NCBI RefSeq assembly: GCF_042216475.1
Contig: NZ_JBDGTV010000016.1
Location: 26,778-90,777 of the forward strand
Length of the DNA: 64,000 nucleotides
Direction of reading: 5' to 3'
From: Halosegnis sp.
Lineage (GTDB): Archaea; Halobacteriota; Halobacteria; Halobacteriales; Haloarculaceae
The notes below the pieces were generated by a model. It saw nothing but the letters and a program-made list of their open reading frames with translations. It had not been told where the DNA came from and made no database searches. Shown here in pieces: positions 19,474 to 28,673 of this stretch; position 1 is the first letter of the stretch, and every line of letters begins with the position of its first letter. Made by a program: the position numbers and the translations under genes.

Positions 19474-20107
19474 TCGCGACCCGTGGTTCGGGCTGGTCAA
19501 CATACGGCAGAGACTCAGCGGTAGCGCGAATCGCCTCGGCGTTAGACTTCATCAGCGCCGTCGTGTCCCAGATGCCCTCAACGAGCGCCTTCCGCTGGGC
19601 CTCGTCGACATCTACCTCCACAGTCGTGTCGCCATACGTGACTGTTTCCCCCGCCACGTCGACATCGATATCTCCGTCGGGGTGCTCGTCGACCCAGTCT
19701 TGGATGGTTTCAACCGTCTCTTGATCGGCAGTGACAGTCGGAATGCCGAGTGCGAGGCAGTTGCCGGCGAAAATTTCAGCGAACGACTCCCCAACGATGG
19801 CGTCGATTCCCCACCGCATCAACGCCTGAGGCGCGTGCTCGCGAGAGGAGCCACAGCCGAAGTTAGCGTTTACCACCAGTACGTTTGCGTCGCGGAACTG
19901 CTCGTCGTTGAACGGATGGTCCTTCTCGTTGTCCTCGTCGTCGAACCGCTGGTCGAAGAAGGCGAATTCCCCGAGTCCGTCGAAGGTAACGACCTTCATG
20001 AACCGTGCTGGGATAATCTGGTCGGTGTCGATGTCGTTGCCGCGAACAGGAATCCCTGTCCCTGACACGGCCGTCACCTCAGGGATGTCCGTCTCCGTCT
20101 CGGTCAT
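19466..20107 (-). CDS. leuD: 3-isopropylmalate dehydratase small subunit
   Basis: 213 aa with the motif [11 protein letters not shown]. It overlaps leuC through an ATGA junction. Confidence 0.9.
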   Translation of the reverse strand: MTETETDIPEVTAVSGTGIPVRGNDIDTDQIIPARFMKVVTFDGLGEFAFFDQRFDDEDNEKDHPFNDEQFRDANVLVVNANFGCGSSREHAPQALMRWGIDAIVGESFAEIFAGNCLALGIPTVTADQETVETIQDWVDEHPDGDIDVDVAGETVTYGDTTVEVDVDEAQRKALVEGIWDTTALMKSNAEAIRATAESLPYVDQPEPRVAND

Positions 20108-21528
20108 GCTTCCACCTCTTTCCGTGGCAGGTCACGTACATCCGTCACCTCACCAGAGACGGCGGCGGCCGCGACCATCTCCGGTGACATCAGCACAGTT
20201 CGGCCGTCCTTCGACCCCTGCCGGCCGATGAAGTTCCGATTGGAGGAGGAGGCGGACCGCTCGTCACCCTCAAGCTGGTCGTCGTTCATGCCAAGGCACA
20301 TCGAACAGCCAGCCTCGCGCCACTCAAAGCCGGCCTCTCGGAACACCTCGTCCAAGCCCTCGGCCTCCGCTGCAGCCTTCACCCGCTGGCTCCCGGGGAC
20401 AACCAGCGCGCGAACAGACTCGTCCACCTGCCGTCCCTTCACTATCTCTGCGGCTGCACGCAGGTCGGGGAGCCGCGCGTTCGTACAAGAGCCGAGGAAC
20501 GCCACGTCGATACCGTACCCCTCCATCGTATCGCCGGGCTCGATCCCCATGTGCGCCTGGCTCATCCGCGCGGTCTCCTGTTTATCGGCGGGGAGTTCCT
20601 CTGGAGCCGGAATCGGCTCGGAGATGCCGACGCCCTGTCCGGGCGTCGTTCCCCATGTCACCGTCGGCTCGATATCCGACCCATCGATAGTAACCACGTC
20701 ATCGTACTCGGCGTCCTCATCGGACCGAATCGACTCCCAGTAACTCTTCAGCTCCTCAAACCGCTCAGGGTCGTCGCGAAACTCATCGGTGTCGCGGAGC
20801 CACTCGTATGTGGTCTCATCAGGGTTGACGTAGCCCGCACGGGCGCCCCCCTCGATGGACATGTTGCAAATGCTCATCCGGCCCTCCATGTCCAGCGATT
20901 CGATAGCCTCGCCGGCGTATTCGTACACGTAGCCGACGCCGCCATCCGTACCGAGCTCTCGGATGATAGTGAGGATGACGTCCTTCGCGGTGACGCCGTC
21001 GCCGAGTTCACCGGTTACCTCTATCTTCCGCACCTTCTTTTTCTCCATCGCGACCGTCTGGGTCGCCAGTACGTCACGAATCTGGGAGGTGCCGATGCCG
21101 AACGCCAGCGCACCGAACGCGCCGTGGGTCGACGTGTGACTGTCGCCACAGACGATGGTCATCCCTGGCTGGGTGATGCCCTGCTCCGGCCCGATGACGT
21201 GGACGATACCCTGATTACCCGTCGTCGGGTCATCGAATTCGATGCCGGCCTCCCGGGCGTTTGCCTCGAGTTCAGCCATCATCTCTTCAGCCGCTTCATC
21301 TCCCAGCGGCCGGGACTGGTCGGCTGTCGGGACGATATGGTCGACCGTCGCGTGGGTAAGATCCGGCCGCGCCACCTCGATGTCACGCTCACGGAGCATT
21401 CCGAACGCTTGCGGGCTCGTCACCTCGTGGATGAGATGAAGACCGACGAACAGCTGGTCCTGTCCGTTCGGCAATTCGGTCACTTTGTGGCGGTCCCACA
21501 CCTTGTCATAGAGTGTTCCCGAGCTCAT
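20104..21528 (-). CDS. leuC: 3-isopropylmalate dehydratase large subunit
   Basis: 474 aa, aconitase family. Fe-S cysteines are in VCGDSHT, GSCTNAR and CSMCLGMN. Confidence 0.92.
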   Translation of the reverse strand: MSSGTLYDKVWDRHKVTELPNGQDQLFVGLHLIHEVTSPQAFGMLRERDIEVARPDLTHATVDHIVPTADQSRPLGDEAAEEMMAELEANAREAGIEFDDPTTGNQGIVHVIGPEQGITQPGMTIVCGDSHTSTHGAFGALAFGIGTSQIRDVLATQTVAMEKKKVRKIEVTGELGDGVTAKDVILTIIRELGTDGGVGYVYEYAGEAIESLDMEGRMSICNMSIEGGARAGYVNPDETTYEWLRDTDEFRDDPERFEELKSYWESIRSDEDAEYDDVVTIDGSDIEPTVTWGTTPGQGVGISEPIPAPEELPADKQETARMSQAHMGIEPGDTMEGYGIDVAFLGSCTNARLPDLRAAAEIVKGRQVDESVRALVVPGSQRVKAAAEAEGLDEVFREAGFEWREAGCSMCLGMNDDQLEGDERSASSSNRNFIGRQGSKDGRTVLMSPEMVAAAAVSGEVTDVRDLPRKEVEA

Positions 21529-21815
21529 CGGTTCGCTCCATCGGCAGCATCATAGGCAGCGTTCGCACTCGGTGCTCCCCGGCGAGGTGTGTGGTCGATG
21601 TCTGCAAGCGTATCGGGCTCGGCGTCACCGCCGTCTGTCGAAACGTCCGCCTCCGGTTCCGTCGCTGCGTCTGAATCTCCATCTCCGGTCGGCTCGTCGG
21701 GCTGCGCGCCACCGTCGGCGGCAACCGTCCGACCGCGGGCGTACGTCTGCGTCTCGCCAAACGGTGCATCCGTGTGTGGGTTCGTATGGTCGATGTCCGC
21801 GAGTTCGTCAGTCAT
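21525..21815 (-). CDS. Small hyperacidic protein embedded in the ilv-leu operon, unknown function
   Basis: 96 aa from the ATG at 21815. That ATG overlaps the ilvC stop by 8 nt, and its own TGA overlaps the leuC ATG (ATGA). It has an internal repeat: [11 protein letters not shown] and [11 protein letters not shown]. Confidence 0.55.
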   Translation of the reverse strand: MTDELADIDHTNPHTDAPFGETQTYARGRTVAADGGAQPDEPTGDGDSDAATEPEADVSTDGGDAEPDTLADIDHTPRRGAPSANAAYDAADGANR

Positions 21816-22839
21816 CGGCGGGCACCTCCTCCTCTCCACCGTCGTCGCCCCACGCGAACAGGGCACGCAGATCCGCGCCTACGTCCTCAATGTCGTGGTC
21901 CTGCTCAGCCTGCCGGAGCTGGGTGTAGCTGGGGCGGTTCGCCTGGTTTTCGGAGATCCACTCGCGGGCGAATGTACCGTCTTGGACGCCTTCGAGCACT
22001 TCCTCCATGTTCTCGCGGACCGTCTCATCGACAACCTCGTCGCCCCGAGATAGTCCGCCGTACTCAGCCGTATCCGACACCGAGTCCCACATCTCGCCGA
22101 GCCCACCCTCGTACATCAGGTCAACGATGAGTTTGAGCTCATTGAGACACTCGAAATAGGCCATCTCACGGCTATACCCGGCGTCAACGAGCGTCTCGTA
22201 CCCCTGCTTGACTAAGGAGGTAACACCCCCACAGAGTACAGCCTGCTCGCCGAAAATGTCCGTCTCTGTTTCTTCACGGAATGTCGTTTCGATGACGCCT
22301 GCCCGCGTACAGCCGATAGCCTTCGCATACGCCAGCCCCACGTCGTGGGCCTCGCCGGTGGCATCTTGGTACACCGCAAGCAGGCCTGGGGTCCCCTCGT
22401 CAGCCTCATAGTTGCGCCGCACTAAGTGGCCCGGCGACTTTGGCGCGACCATCGTCACATCGACATCCGCACGCGGCCGAATCTGGTTGTAGTGGACGTT
22501 GAAGCCGTGGGCAAATTGGAGCGTGTCGCCCGGCTCCAGCGCCGACTCGATGTCATCGTAGACGGCCGGCTGAACCGTGTCGGGGACGAGGATGCTCACA
22601 ATATCTGCCTCCTCAGCGGCCTTGACCGGTGTGGTCACCCGGAGGCCGTCGTCGCGGGCCGCGTCCCGTGAACTGGAGCCTTCATGCAGCCCTACAACGA
22701 CATCTACACCAGAGTCGTCAAGATTCTGTGCGTGGGCGTGTCCTTGGCTGCCATACCCGATGACAGCCACGGTACGGTTATCTAAGATCGATACGTCCGC
22801 ATCCTCGTCGTAGTATACTGGGTTCTCGAAGTCACTCAT
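21808..22839 (-). CDS. ilvC: Ketol-acid reductoisomerase
   Basis: 343 aa with [17 protein letters not shown] and a class-I KARI C-terminal domain. Confidence 0.92.
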   Translation of the reverse strand: MSDFENPVYYDEDADVSILDNRTVAVIGYGSQGHAHAQNLDDSGVDVVVGLHEGSSSRDAARDDGLRVTTPVKAAEEADIVSILVPDTVQPAVYDDIESALEPGDTLQFAHGFNVHYNQIRPRADVDVTMVAPKSPGHLVRRNYEADEGTPGLLAVYQDATGEAHDVGLAYAKAIGCTRAGVIETTFREETETDIFGEQAVLCGGVTSLVKQGYETLVDAGYSREMAYFECLNELKLIVDLMYEGGLGEMWDSVSDTAEYGGLSRGDEVVDETVRENMEEVLEGVQDGTFAREWISENQANRPSYTQLRQAEQDHDIEDVGADLRALFAWGDDGGEEEVPADD

Positions 22840-23482
22840 CGGTGTCGTCTCGTTTCAATCGGTCGGGGGCGATAGACGTCTTCGTCTCGCCACGGGCCAA
22901 GGCTGTGTGGCCCGTGCGGGCTATCTCGCGCACATCAAACTGTCGGAACGCATCAAGCGCGTCGTCGATGACCTGCTCCGCGCCGGTCAACTCGACGGTA
23001 ATGGTCCGGGGACCAGCATCAAGCGTTGTCCCGTCGTACATCTGAGTGATGGCGTGAATCTTGTCCGGCTCGTCGGCACTCACCTTCACCAACACGAGTT
23101 CACGCCGCACCGCATCGTCACCCAGTTCGCGAGTGTGGATGACTGGCACCAACTTGTCCAGTTGTTTCTCTATTTGATCGATATTGGGATCTGGCTCCTC
23201 AACGACCACGGTCACCCGTGACCAGTCAGGGTTCTGGGTTGGGCCGACCGTCAGCGACTCGATGTTGAACTGTCGGCGACTGAACAGCCCCGACACCTCC
23301 GACAACACGCCTGGCTGATTCTCCACCAGCGCAGTGATAGTCGTCCGGCGGGGCGCCCGTTCGGCCTCTGTCTCGGGGTCGATACGGATGCCTTGGCTGT
23401 TCCGTCGCCCCTCCGGCCGGGCTCGCTCCTCGGGATCTGGCCCCAACAGGCCGCGTTCCGGTGGCTCTTTCTCGGAGCTCAT
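22832..23482 (-). CDS. ilvN: Acetolactate synthase small (regulatory) subunit
   Basis: The ACT domain is [29 protein letters not shown], preceded by a ~55-aa charged N-terminal extension. The start is either ATG 23482 or GTG 23491. Confidence 0.85.
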   Translation of the reverse strand: MSSEKEPPERGLLGPDPEERARPEGRRNSQGIRIDPETEAERAPRRTTITALVENQPGVLSEVSGLFSRRQFNIESLTVGPTQNPDWSRVTVVVEEPDPNIDQIEKQLDKLVPVIHTRELGDDAVRRELVLVKVSADEPDKIHAITQMYDGTTLDAGPRTITVELTGAEQVIDDALDAFRQFDVREIARTGHTALARGETKTSIAPDRLKRDDTDE

Positions 23483-23534
23483 GCACACCACCTCTGGGAA
23501 GTGGCGAGCAGGTCGGAGTGTAACGCAACGCTAC

Positions 23535-25271
23535 TCACAGGTGGTCACCTCGCAGCGCGAACAGGCCGTTGTCGCCGCCAGAGGGGACCATCGGGAACAC
23601 GTCCGCCTCAGGGTCGATGTGAACGTCGACGACGCTCGGGCCGTCCTCGGCGAGCGCGGCCTCGATGGTATCCTCAACCTCGTCGTACTCGTCGATACGA
23701 TAACCGCTGGCACCGAACGCCTCCGCTAATACGTCGAACTCCGGCATCCAATTGTAGTCAGAGGCCATATGCCGTCCCTCGAAGAAGCCGTCCTGCCACT
23801 GACGCACCATCCCAATGTACTCGTTGTTGAGCACGAAGACGGTGATATCCAACTCTTCGCGGACTGCAACGGTCAACTCCTGACACGTCATCAAGAACGA
23901 CCCATCACCATCGAAACAAATGACCGACTGATCGTCGGCGGCGGCAAGGCGGGCGCCGATAGCCGCCGGCACGCCGTAGCCCATCGCGCCAAGGCCGTGG
24001 GAGGAAACCCACGTCCGCGGTTCGGTGAACGTCCAATACTGGCAGGCCCACATCTGGTGTTGACCGACGCCGGTCGTGACGATGGTGTCGTCGGCAGTAG
24101 CAGCGTCGACGGCCTCAACGACGAACTCCGGGCGGAGTGGTGCGTCCTCATCGATGTAGTAATCGAGTGGATACTCCGCCTCCCATTGCTCGCACTGGTT
24201 GAGCCACTCGTCGGTATCCGGCGAATCGGCGACAGCGGCGCCGAACTGCTCGATGACGACAGCCGCGTCACCGACTAATCCATAGTCGGCCTCAACATTC
24301 TTCGAGATCTCGGCGGGGTCGATATCCGCGTGGATAATCTCTGCATCGGGCGCGAACGTCTCGACACCGCCCGTCAGCCGGTCGTCGAAGCGAGTGCCGA
24401 CCGCGAACATGCAGTCGGTCATCGTGAGCGCCATGTTCGCGTAACCGGTGCCATGCATCCCTGCCCACTCTAGACACAGTTCATGATCCTCTGGGAAGGC
24501 GCCGATGCCCGGCATTGTCGTCACGACGGGGACATCGTGGGTGGTGGCGAACTCGTACAACTCGTCGCTCGCGTCACCCTTGATAATGCCGCCACCCGCG
24601 AGAATCACCGGTCGTTCTGCTCGCTCGAACGCCTTGGCGGCCCGCTCAACGGCCCGTTCGTCAGCCCGCTCGGCAGGCTGGTAGGTAGCAGGGGTCTCCG
24701 CCGGCCCCGGCTGGGCATCCGTATCGGCGTTTGTGACGTCCTTCGGCAGGTCAACCAATGTGGGTCCCTGCCGGCCGCGTGCGGCCATCGCGAACGCCTC
24801 ACCGACGGTGTCGCCTACGGCGTCTTCGTCGGCCGCGAAGTAGTTCTCTTTCGTAATCGGCCGGGTAACGCCCGTCGTATCTGTCTCTTGGAAGGCGTCG
24901 CTCCCCACGAAGTCGGTCGGTACCTGACCGGTGAGCGCCACCACCGGGTCCGAATCCATATCGGCGTCAGCGATGCCGGTGACGAGGTTCGTCGCTCCTG
25001 GCCCGGAGGTAGCCATGCAGATGCCCGGCTCACCAGTAACGATGCCGTAGGCATCGGCGGCGTGGACTACCCCCTGTTCATGGGCCATTGTCACATGCGT
25101 CATCTCGGAGTCGTACAACGCGTCGTAGACGGGCATGATGGCGCCGCCTTGAACGCCGAATAGGTATTCAACGCCGGCGTTCTCAAGCGCGCGCACAACC
25201 GACTCGGCACCGGATGTGACCGGCTCCTGTCGCTCTTCATCGTCTCGCTGGACGGCATGCTCGCTACTCAT
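23535..25271 (-). CDS. ilvB: Acetolactate synthase large subunit
   Basis: 578 aa, ThDP enzyme. The motif GDGSFLMTCQEL is present. Confidence 0.92.
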   Translation of the reverse strand: MSSEHAVQRDDEERQEPVTSGAESVVRALENAGVEYLFGVQGGAIMPVYDALYDSEMTHVTMAHEQGVVHAADAYGIVTGEPGICMATSGPGATNLVTGIADADMDSDPVVALTGQVPTDFVGSDAFQETDTTGVTRPITKENYFAADEDAVGDTVGEAFAMAARGRQGPTLVDLPKDVTNADTDAQPGPAETPATYQPAERADERAVERAAKAFERAERPVILAGGGIIKGDASDELYEFATTHDVPVVTTMPGIGAFPEDHELCLEWAGMHGTGYANMALTMTDCMFAVGTRFDDRLTGGVETFAPDAEIIHADIDPAEISKNVEADYGLVGDAAVVIEQFGAAVADSPDTDEWLNQCEQWEAEYPLDYYIDEDAPLRPEFVVEAVDAATADDTIVTTGVGQHQMWACQYWTFTEPRTWVSSHGLGAMGYGVPAAIGARLAAADDQSVICFDGDGSFLMTCQELTVAVREELDITVFVLNNEYIGMVRQWQDGFFEGRHMASDYNWMPEFDVLAEAFGASGYRIDEYDEVEDTIEAALAEDGPSVVDVHIDPEADVFPMVPSGGDNGLFALRGDHL

Positions 25272-25559
25272 CGGTCGGTTCCCCCTCTCTGGTGTGGCTT
25301 CGTTCGTTCATCGGTCGGCGGTGGTCTATCTGATCGTCAACTGTACGAGCGCGGTCGCGAGGAGAATAGCTGGCCGGGGCATTCACGCCCCTACGCGACG
25401 AGTCGTGCGGCTCGTCAAATCGCCAGCACGGAGCGTCGCGCGTCGTCGCATCATCTGATGGTTTGCCCGCAGCCACGTAAGCCTCACTGGCAGCGCAACG
25501 CTTGCCGGTCGACACAGGCTGGACGCACGGCTGGGGGTCGGTCCCCCCGCGGGGTGCGC

Positions 25560-26781
25560 TCATCGCAGTGTGACCTCCTCGCCGGAGCGCTGGACACCGA
25601 CTTCCTCGGCGAATCGCTCCAGCGTCTCCATCGTGACGCGCTTGTCGTCGGCACCACGGTCCTTCACCCGACGAGTGACCGCGCGTACCTGCTCGTCCGT
25701 GGGTTCATAACCTGCGTCGGCCAGCCGCTCGCGGACAGAGTGCTGGCCGGTGTGTTTGCCCAAGACGAGCTCTCGCTCGGCGCCGACCATCTCGGGGGTC
25801 ATCACGCCGGGTTCGAACGTGTCGCTATTCTCGATGACTCCCGCCGCGTGGATGCCCGACTCGTGCGAGAACGCGTTGTCGCCGACGACCGGCTTGTTGC
25901 CTGGCGTGTCGATGCCGGATCGCTCCTCAACCAGTGCCGACAGCTCCGTGATGCGGGTGGTATCGATACCCGTGTCGACATTGTACAGCGATTCGGCGGC
26001 CATCACAACCTCCTCATAAGCGGCGTTGCCAGCCCGCTCGCCAATACCGTTCACCGATACCTGCGCCTGTGCGGCGCCGGCCTCGTAGCCGGCCAGTGCG
26101 TTTGCCGACGCCAGTCCAAAGTCATCGTGCGTATGTACGTCCACGCGGGCGTCAGTCGCCGCGTCGACTGTTCGCACGACGTTCGCGAAGCGGGTCGGCG
26201 TCGCTACCCCGCACGTATCGGGGATATTAATCCAGTCGACATCCGCCTCAGAGACGGCCTCGACAATTTCGACGAGGAACGACTCTTCTGTCCGGGTGGC
26301 GTCCATCGGCGAGAACATACATTCCACGCCGGCTTCTTTCACCCGCTCAACGGACGCGACCGCACGCTCGACCGCCTCTTCGCGGCTCGCGTGCATGCTG
26401 TCCTCCAGTTGGACATCGCTCGTTGAGACGAAGACGTGGACCATTTCCACGCCGCTGTCGATGGCAGCTTCGATGTCTTTGTCCACCACGCGCGCCAGTC
26501 CACACACCGTTGTGTCGGTATGTTCGGCGATGTCGCGAACGGCCTCAAACTCCGCGTCGGAGTTTACCGGGAACCCTGCCTCGATGACGTGGGTGCCCAT
26601 CTCGTCGAGCACTGCCGCTATCTCTCGTTTGTCCTCGTACGAGAAGGAAGTTCGCGGCGACTGCTCACCGTCACGCAGCGTGGTATCGAAAATCCGTGCG
26701 TCGTCGAATTCGTGGGGGTTAGATAACGTCCCCGCGAAGAACTCGACCCGCCGACTCGGTCGACGTATCCTCTTGCGTCAT
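25560..26781 (-). CDS. 2-isopropylmalate synthase / (R)-citramalate synthase family enzyme with an apparent +1 frame discontinuity near its 5' end
   Basis: The catalytic N-terminus RIFDTTLRDGEQSP is encoded in frame upstream of the track's GTG 26612, but with no in-frame start codon. The only ATG (26781) is one nucleotide out of frame. Confidence 0.8.
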
Positions 26782-26841
26782 AGCAACTGAGTGAACCAGT
26801 ACGACCTACTTCAATGTTTCGTCACAGCGCCACCAGAATTC

Positions 26842-26849
26842 AATATATT
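26842..26849 (-). promoter_or_regulatory. TATA-like box upstream of the BCAA operon
   Basis: The palindromic AATATATT sits in an AT-rich patch about 64 nt upstream of ATG 26781. Confidence 0.35.
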
Positions 26850-27044
26850 ACAGAAGGCGGCCGGGCATGGGCTGGAGAACCGCACGACCTAAACGCCCTG
26901 GTATGATACGTTATTCCCTATTATAGTACCATCGTCACGAGTTCACAGGGAGTGAATAACACACCCTCTGCTGGGGCGGGCGCACTGACACGCGGCGTCG
27001 GAACGCGGAGTTGGGTTTTTGCCATCCGCCCGCGAGCGTGACGT

Positions 27045-27329
27045 ATGGGCGAGTTCGATCTTGACCTCCAGTCGGCGGAAGGGGAAATGGAACTACCGGA
27101 GGGAGACAGTGTCGTGCTCGGTATCCTCGATGGCTCCACGCCGGGCGAAGAGTGGCTTGCGACTGTAGAGGCGGGCAACACACTCGTGCTTGATGTTGAA
27201 GGCGAGCTCGCGGAGTTAGCAGCTGACTTCGCCCCGCGAATAAAGGAACTCGGTGGCACGCTAGTCCGGTTCCGCGGCTTCCTCGTGGTCACCCCGCCAG
27301 ATATCGAGGTGGACACCGAGCGTCTATAG
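27045..27329 (+). CDS. Small acidic conserved hypothetical protein
   Basis: 94-aa strongly acidic ORF with good third-position GC. Confidence 0.5.
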   Translation: MGEFDLDLQSAEGEMELPEGDSVVLGILDGSTPGEEWLATVEAGNTLVLDVEGELAELAADFAPRIKELGGTLVRFRGFLVVTPPDIEVDTERL

Positions 27330-27372
27330 CCGTCCCGAAGGAGGGCAGTATCAAGCAGTCTTCGCATCCTGG

Positions 27373-27867
27373 CTACGACGGCCCAGGTGTCAGCCGGTCG
27401 GTCTCGGCGCCACAGGCTTGACACGAGAGCACATACACCGTCGTCTCGTCGGTTTCTTCGACGGCAAAGTCGCGGTCAGTCGCTGCATTACACTCCGGGC
27501 ATTCTTCCTCAAGCACCGCGCCATCGGCGGCCTTGGGTGCGCCGGCGGCAACAAGTCGGCAGCCATCCTCGCCGGCAACGGCACGCTGGGGTGCACCCGC
27601 AGGAACGAAGAACGCCTCACCGGCGTCGACGCGGTGTTCCCCCTCAGCTGTCTCCACCGTGAGATAGCCCTCAAGCACGTATAGCAACTCCTCATGATTT
27701 GGGTGGTAATGGTAGCCCCATGGGACCTGTTCGCCGGGGTCGGCGACGATGAGATTGAACCCAAACTCTGTGGCGCCAACGGCCTCGTCGACTTCCTTCT
27801 TGTGGCGGGTTGGGTTCGGCGCGTCCGGTAGGTTCTCAACAACGACGTGTTCATACTCGTCGGACAT
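27373..27867 (-). CDS. Cupin-domain protein fused to a C-terminal zinc ribbon
   Basis: The ATG at 27867 was chosen. The cupin motifs are GYHYHPNHEELLYVLEG and GEAFFVPAG. The C-terminus carries CPECN...CQACG. Confidence 0.7.
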   Translation of the reverse strand: MSDEYEHVVVENLPDAPNPTRHKKEVDEAVGATEFGFNLIVADPGEQVPWGYHYHPNHEELLYVLEGYLTVETAEGEHRVDAGEAFFVPAGAPQRAVAGEDGCRLVAAGAPKAADGAVLEEECPECNAATDRDFAVEETDETTVYVLSCQACGAETDRLTPGPS

Positions 27868-27888
27868 GTGACCGGCTCGGCGCGCATC

Positions 27889-27896
27889 TAATATAA
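27889..27896 (-). promoter_or_regulatory. TATA-like box for the cupin gene
   Basis: TTATATTA on the minus strand lies about 25 nt upstream of ATG 27867. Confidence 0.4.
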
Positions 27897-27916
27897 GCCC
27901 TGCCGGGTGGCGACGG

Positions 27917-27922
27917 TTTATA
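27917..27922 (+). promoter_or_regulatory. TATA-like box for the 27947 gene
   Basis: TTTATA lies 27 nt upstream of the ATG. Confidence 0.4.
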
Positions 27923-27946
27923 CCCGGCAGGCGTCTCCTCATTGAT

Positions 27947-28615
27947 ATGCCTATCAAGGGTTCCGGCGAAGCGGCGCCGCGCACGATAAATCGGTTCGAC
28001 GGCGGCGTCGGCTGGATTGCTTACCCTCAAGAGGGGATGCAGCGAGCCTCCCAAGCCCTCGCAACAGATGCAGGCGTCATATTAATCGACCCAATCGAAG
28101 CGCCCGATATCGAGACGACCTACGAAGAGTTCGGCGATGTTATCGGCGTCGTCGTCCTGTTGGACCGCCACGAGCGTGATGCCGCGGCGTTCGCCCGCCG
28201 CCACGATGTCCCCGTCGGCGTCCCATCAGCACTATCGAATGTCTCACCAGACGACACCGAGACGGTACCGCTCCCGGACCTGCTCGCCGGGACGGACTAC
28301 CGTGAGGCGAGCGTGAGCACGCCGCTGTGGGATGAGGCCGTGGTCGTCGATGAAACAAACGGCACGCTCGTTGTGCCGGAAGCGCTTGGGACGGCAGGCT
28401 TCTTTCGGGCTGGCGACGAACGGCTGGGCGTCCACCCCGCGCTCCGACTGACGCCGCCCCGCCGGCTCCGCGAGTTCGACGTTGAGCGGGTGCTCGTCGG
28501 CCACGGGGAGGGGATACTCACAGATGGGAGCGTCGCTATCCGTGATGCGGTCGACAACTCTCGGCGGCGCGCTCCAGCGGCTTACCTCGGGGCACTTCGG
28601 GAGTTCATCGCCTGA
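27947..28615 (+). CDS. Hypothetical protein, possibly a degenerate metallo-beta-lactamase-like fold
   Basis: 222 aa. VVVLLDRHERDAAAF sits where MBL proteins carry HxHxDH. TTTATA lies 27 nt upstream of the ATG. Confidence 0.45.
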   Translation: MPIKGSGEAAPRTINRFDGGVGWIAYPQEGMQRASQALATDAGVILIDPIEAPDIETTYEEFGDVIGVVVLLDRHERDAAAFARRHDVPVGVPSALSNVSPDDTETVPLPDLLAGTDYREASVSTPLWDEAVVVDETNGTLVVPEALGTAGFFRAGDERLGVHPALRLTPPRRLREFDVERVLVGHGEGILTDGSVAIRDAVDNSRRRAPAAYLGALREFIA

Positions 28616-28673
28616 GGCTCGAGTTTAACGCCACGCGCGAAGGGTTTTACCCCCGCGTGGTCTATCACTTGAC

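Noticed and set aside
25264-25563. The 99-aa ORF and short basic ORFs filling the IPMS-ilvB spacer.
   Set aside because: Their composition is basic and Arg/Pro-rich, they have no start-codon context, and they overlap the ilvB start out of frame. They are treated as non-coding.
25257-26426. Long ORFs antisense to or shadowing real genes. Examples are 25257..26426 +, 19127..20065 +, 43025..43897 -, 57568..58794 -, 37773..38630 -, 20551..21555 + and 3251..3964 -.
   Set aside because: Their products are Arg/Pro/Ser-rich and basic, unlike the acidic proteome. They lie opposite genes with clear family motifs. Stop-poor antisense frames are expected at this GC content.
26719-26781. The 20-codon ATG-frame ORF (MTQEDTSTESAGRVLRGDVI) as a Val/Leu/Ile leader peptide for attenuation of the BCAA operon.
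   Set aside because: It has only four branched-chain codons and none in tandem runs. It overlaps the enzyme's own conserved N-terminal coding sequence. A single-nucleotide frame break explains it better.
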